22,641 nucleotides of DNA from Octopus sinensis (lineage: Eukaryota), in NCBI RefSeq assembly GCF_006345805.1, contig NW_021836751.1, positions 1-22,641 of the forward strand, in the 5' to 3' direction. Position numbers and translations under genes: made by a program. Shown one piece after another: positions 19,770-22,641 of the stretch; position 1 is the first letter of the stretch, and the number at the start of each line of letters is the position of its first letter. Under the pieces are notes generated by a model that was given only the letters and a program-made list of their open reading frames with translations, made no database searches and was not told the DNA's origin.

Positions 19770-20151
19770 TGATGATGATGATGATGGTAGTGGTGGTGGT
19801 GGTGATGATGAGGAGGATTATCATAATTGTGATTATGATGATGATAATGACGATGATCATGATGATGAGGAAGGTAATGATGATGATGATGATGATGATA
19901 ACAATGAAGACGATGATGATGAGGGGGAGGAGAATAAGTTGAATGGTGATGGGGATGCTGCTGCTGACGATGATGATGATGATGGAAATATTTATGATTA
20001 TAACGATAATGGCGACGACGACGATGTTTAAATTAGTTATGATGATGGTGAAGGTGTCGATGATGACGACGACGATGATGATGATTGATGATGATGATGA
20101 TGATGATGATTGATAGTGATGATGATGATGCTGATGATTGATGCTGATGAT

Positions 20152-20186
<35 letters not shown>

Positions 20187-20430
20187 GTTATGATGATGAT
20201 GATGATGATGGTTATGATGATGATGATGATGATGATGGTTATGATGATGATGATGATGATGATGATGATTAAGATGATGATGATGATGATGAAGATCATG
20301 ATGATGATGATGGTTATGATGATGATGGTTATTATGATGATGATGATGATGATGATGATTAAAATGATGAAAATGATGATGATGATGATGATGAAGATGA
20401 TGATGATGTTAACGATGATGATGTTTAATG
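19770..20430. repeat. (GAT)n-dominated array
   Basis: Visible directly; includes the second duplication copy at 19913-20037. Confidence 0.9.
19913..20037 (+). repeat. 125-bp dispersed direct duplication, copy 2
   Basis: Ungapped match to 11751-11875 with 8 mismatches. Confidence 0.9.
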
Positions 20431-20671
20431 ACGATAGCAGCAACATTGAGGACAATGAGAGCCACGATAAAGAGCAGAAAGAGAGAGTACACGTACGAGA
20501 TACCGGCAGCAGCAGATATACATTAGTAAATTTGTAGAAGGCACGTGTTGAGATAGTTTTAATTTGCATTATATTCCAGCGAAAATTGTCTAAGGAATTT
20601 TTAAAAGACGTGATGAATTGCTTTCTAAAATACACACGACATTTTAAAGAAAAACAAACATATTAAAATTA

Positions 20672-20766
20672 CCACCACCACCACCTCCACCGCAGCTACC
20701 GCCACCACCACCTCCAGCAACAACAACAACAACGACAACAACAATAACAACAACAACAAGAACAAC

Positions 20767-20809
<43 letters not shown>

Positions 20810-20840
20810 TAATAATAATAATAGTAATAATAATAATAGT
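20672..20840. repeat. Graded (ACC)-(AAC)-(AAT) trinucleotide array
   Basis: Visible directly. Confidence 0.9.
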
Positions 20841-21354
20841 GTTAACAAAAATGGTAAATAATATAACAGAAAAAAAGCAAAGAAATTATGATATTTGACG
20901 AAGAAATAAAATCCCAATATCAAAAGAGGAAAAAAAAAAAAAATAAAATGATTTGGAGAAAGTTTGTTTTTGTTCATTTTATTTTAATTTATTTTATATT
21001 TTATTTATTTTCTTTTTGTATCGAATCTGTTATTGTATATGTATATATATATTTTTTTTATTTGTAGATTTATATATCTTTGTCGAGGTGAAAGTTATTT
21101 GGTACATATATTTTCATTGAGATGATAAATTTAATACAGTCATAGGTTATCAAACTACACCGTGGAAAATGGCGATATCAATTTCTTGTTGAATAAATCC
21201 AGCCATGTTCAAATAAGCAGTTGTTGTAACTGCTGTTGTTGTTGCAACAGAAATGCATGCACGTGTGAATGTATGTATGTATGCATGTATGTGTGTATTT
21301 ATGTATGAATATGTGAATGGGTTTGTGTATATATATAATTTCTGTGTGTGTATT

Positions 21355-21404
<50 letters not shown>

Positions 21405-21406
<2 letters not shown>

Positions 21407-21826
21407 AGGGTTGAACAAAATAATGGAACCACCTTAAAATTTCAAACGAATATATTTTAATATGAAGTATGACCGCATTTGGCAGTAATTACAGCTTGAA
21501 TTCTACGAGGTATGAACTCGTAAAAAGTTTGAATTGTTTCCAAAGGAATTTTTGTCCATTCTTCAGCTAAAACAGTCTCCAGTTTTGTAGTGATTATGGT
21601 AGAGGATAGCGACTCTTTTCTTGTTTTTCTAAAATGCACCATACATGTTCAATAATATTGAAATCTAGGGACTGTGGTAGCCAGATAAGATGTTCAACTT
21701 TACTAGAATGTTCCTCGTGCCATTCAGTAACAACTTTAGCTGTGTGAATTGGTGCATTATCATCGTGAAAGATTGCGTTTTCCTCCGGAAACATTTCCGC
21801 AACCATAAGGTGAATTTGATCAGATA
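21405..21826 (-). mobile_element. Decayed Tc1-like (IS630-Tc1-mariner) transposon: 3' part of the transposase and one TIR
   Basis: FHDDNAPIHTAK...WLPQSLDFNIIEHVW...LETVLAEEWTKIP...RRIQAVITAKCGHTSY*, with a stop at 21596-21594 and a frameshift. TIR-like end caagggttgaacaaaataatggaaccacc abuts TA at 21403-21404. Confidence 0.9.
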
Positions 21827-22374
21827 TATATTTATGAAAGAGAAACATACAAGGCACTTATACACCACATTACTGCGGAAACAAAATCAAGCAAGCGGGC
21901 ATTTATTCGGGGTGCGACAGTTACACGCTTTAGTTCGTGTCCCATCATTAGTTCTATGTATAAATGAGGTTACAGGACCTTCGACCGGTGTGTGGTAGCC
22001 AGGCATATTACTTATATTAGTGCTAATATGATTATCTTGGGTTTATATATATTATATATATATATTATTATTTTTATATTTATATTAATTATCATTATAT
22101 TATATTATTTATAATATGTATATATGTGTGGTGGTGTGTGTGTGTGCGTGTGTATGTGTGGATAGATAAGATTCATCAATAATATATGTGTGTATGTACG
22201 CATGCATACATCGTTCTCTACTTCATTATCTACCTTTGTAATCTTTGATATTAGTAGCTCACACCTATTTTACTATAGAAAGCCGTCTCTATTATCTCAC
22301 CATCTCTATCCCCACGTACCATGTCTATATATGTGTACGTGTATGCAAATACAAATACAGACATGCGTACATAT

Positions 22375-22445
22375 ATACATACATGCATACATACATACAT
22401 ACATACATACATACATACATACATACAACATACATACATATGCAT

Positions 22446-22476
<31 letters not shown>

Positions 22477-22490
22477 CGTATATATATGCA
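22375..22490. repeat. (CATA)n/(CA)n/(TA)n compound microsatellite
   Basis: Visible directly. Confidence 0.9.
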
Positions 22491-22641
22491 TATTTATATA
22501 AATATATGTGTGTGTTCATACACGCACACACACACACACAGAGAAGCATATAAATATACAAATAAAGAGATACAAAAGTTTCAGACATAAGTACGTAAAA
22601 TAACTAGATAAATAACGCACACACACAATAACAAACCACAT

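Noticed and set aside
20490-20630. Minus-strand open stretch KQFITSFKNSLDNFRWNIMQIKTISTRAFYKFTN after a tattttag acceptor
   Set aside because: Weak acceptor, no good donor and no recognisable motif.
207-22590. The long ORFs in the supplied track (poly-YI, poly-S/L, poly-I/M, poly-CV, poly-Q, etc.)
   Set aside because: They are translations of stop-free microsatellites. Only the Tc1 ORFs (21457-21857) have real protein motifs.

Overview
AT-rich, microsatellite-saturated animal non-coding DNA (intronic or intergenic). The SINE families and repeat density point to an Octopus-type cephalopod genome (inference). No intact protein-coding gene is recognisable, and almost all listed ORFs are translations of simple repeats. 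Recognisable content: four tRNA-derived SINE families (two copies with clear target-site duplications, several in inverted pairs); two different 5'-truncated R4/Dong-like LINE ends inside (AAT)n arrays; a CR1/L2-like LINE 3' end; a decayed Tc1-like transposon with 36-residue D-to-E spacing; a 125-bp dispersed duplication; and a few weak candidate exons. The most interesting signal is a set of short (TA)n/(AAT)n-embedded elements that look like Penelope-like terminal repeats and carry minimal type I hammerhead ribozyme motifs with atypical cores. These include a complete motif with a compensatory U3-A8 core at 6166-6208 and a spacerless 154-bp palindrome at 16845-16998 with a hammerhead motif in each arm.
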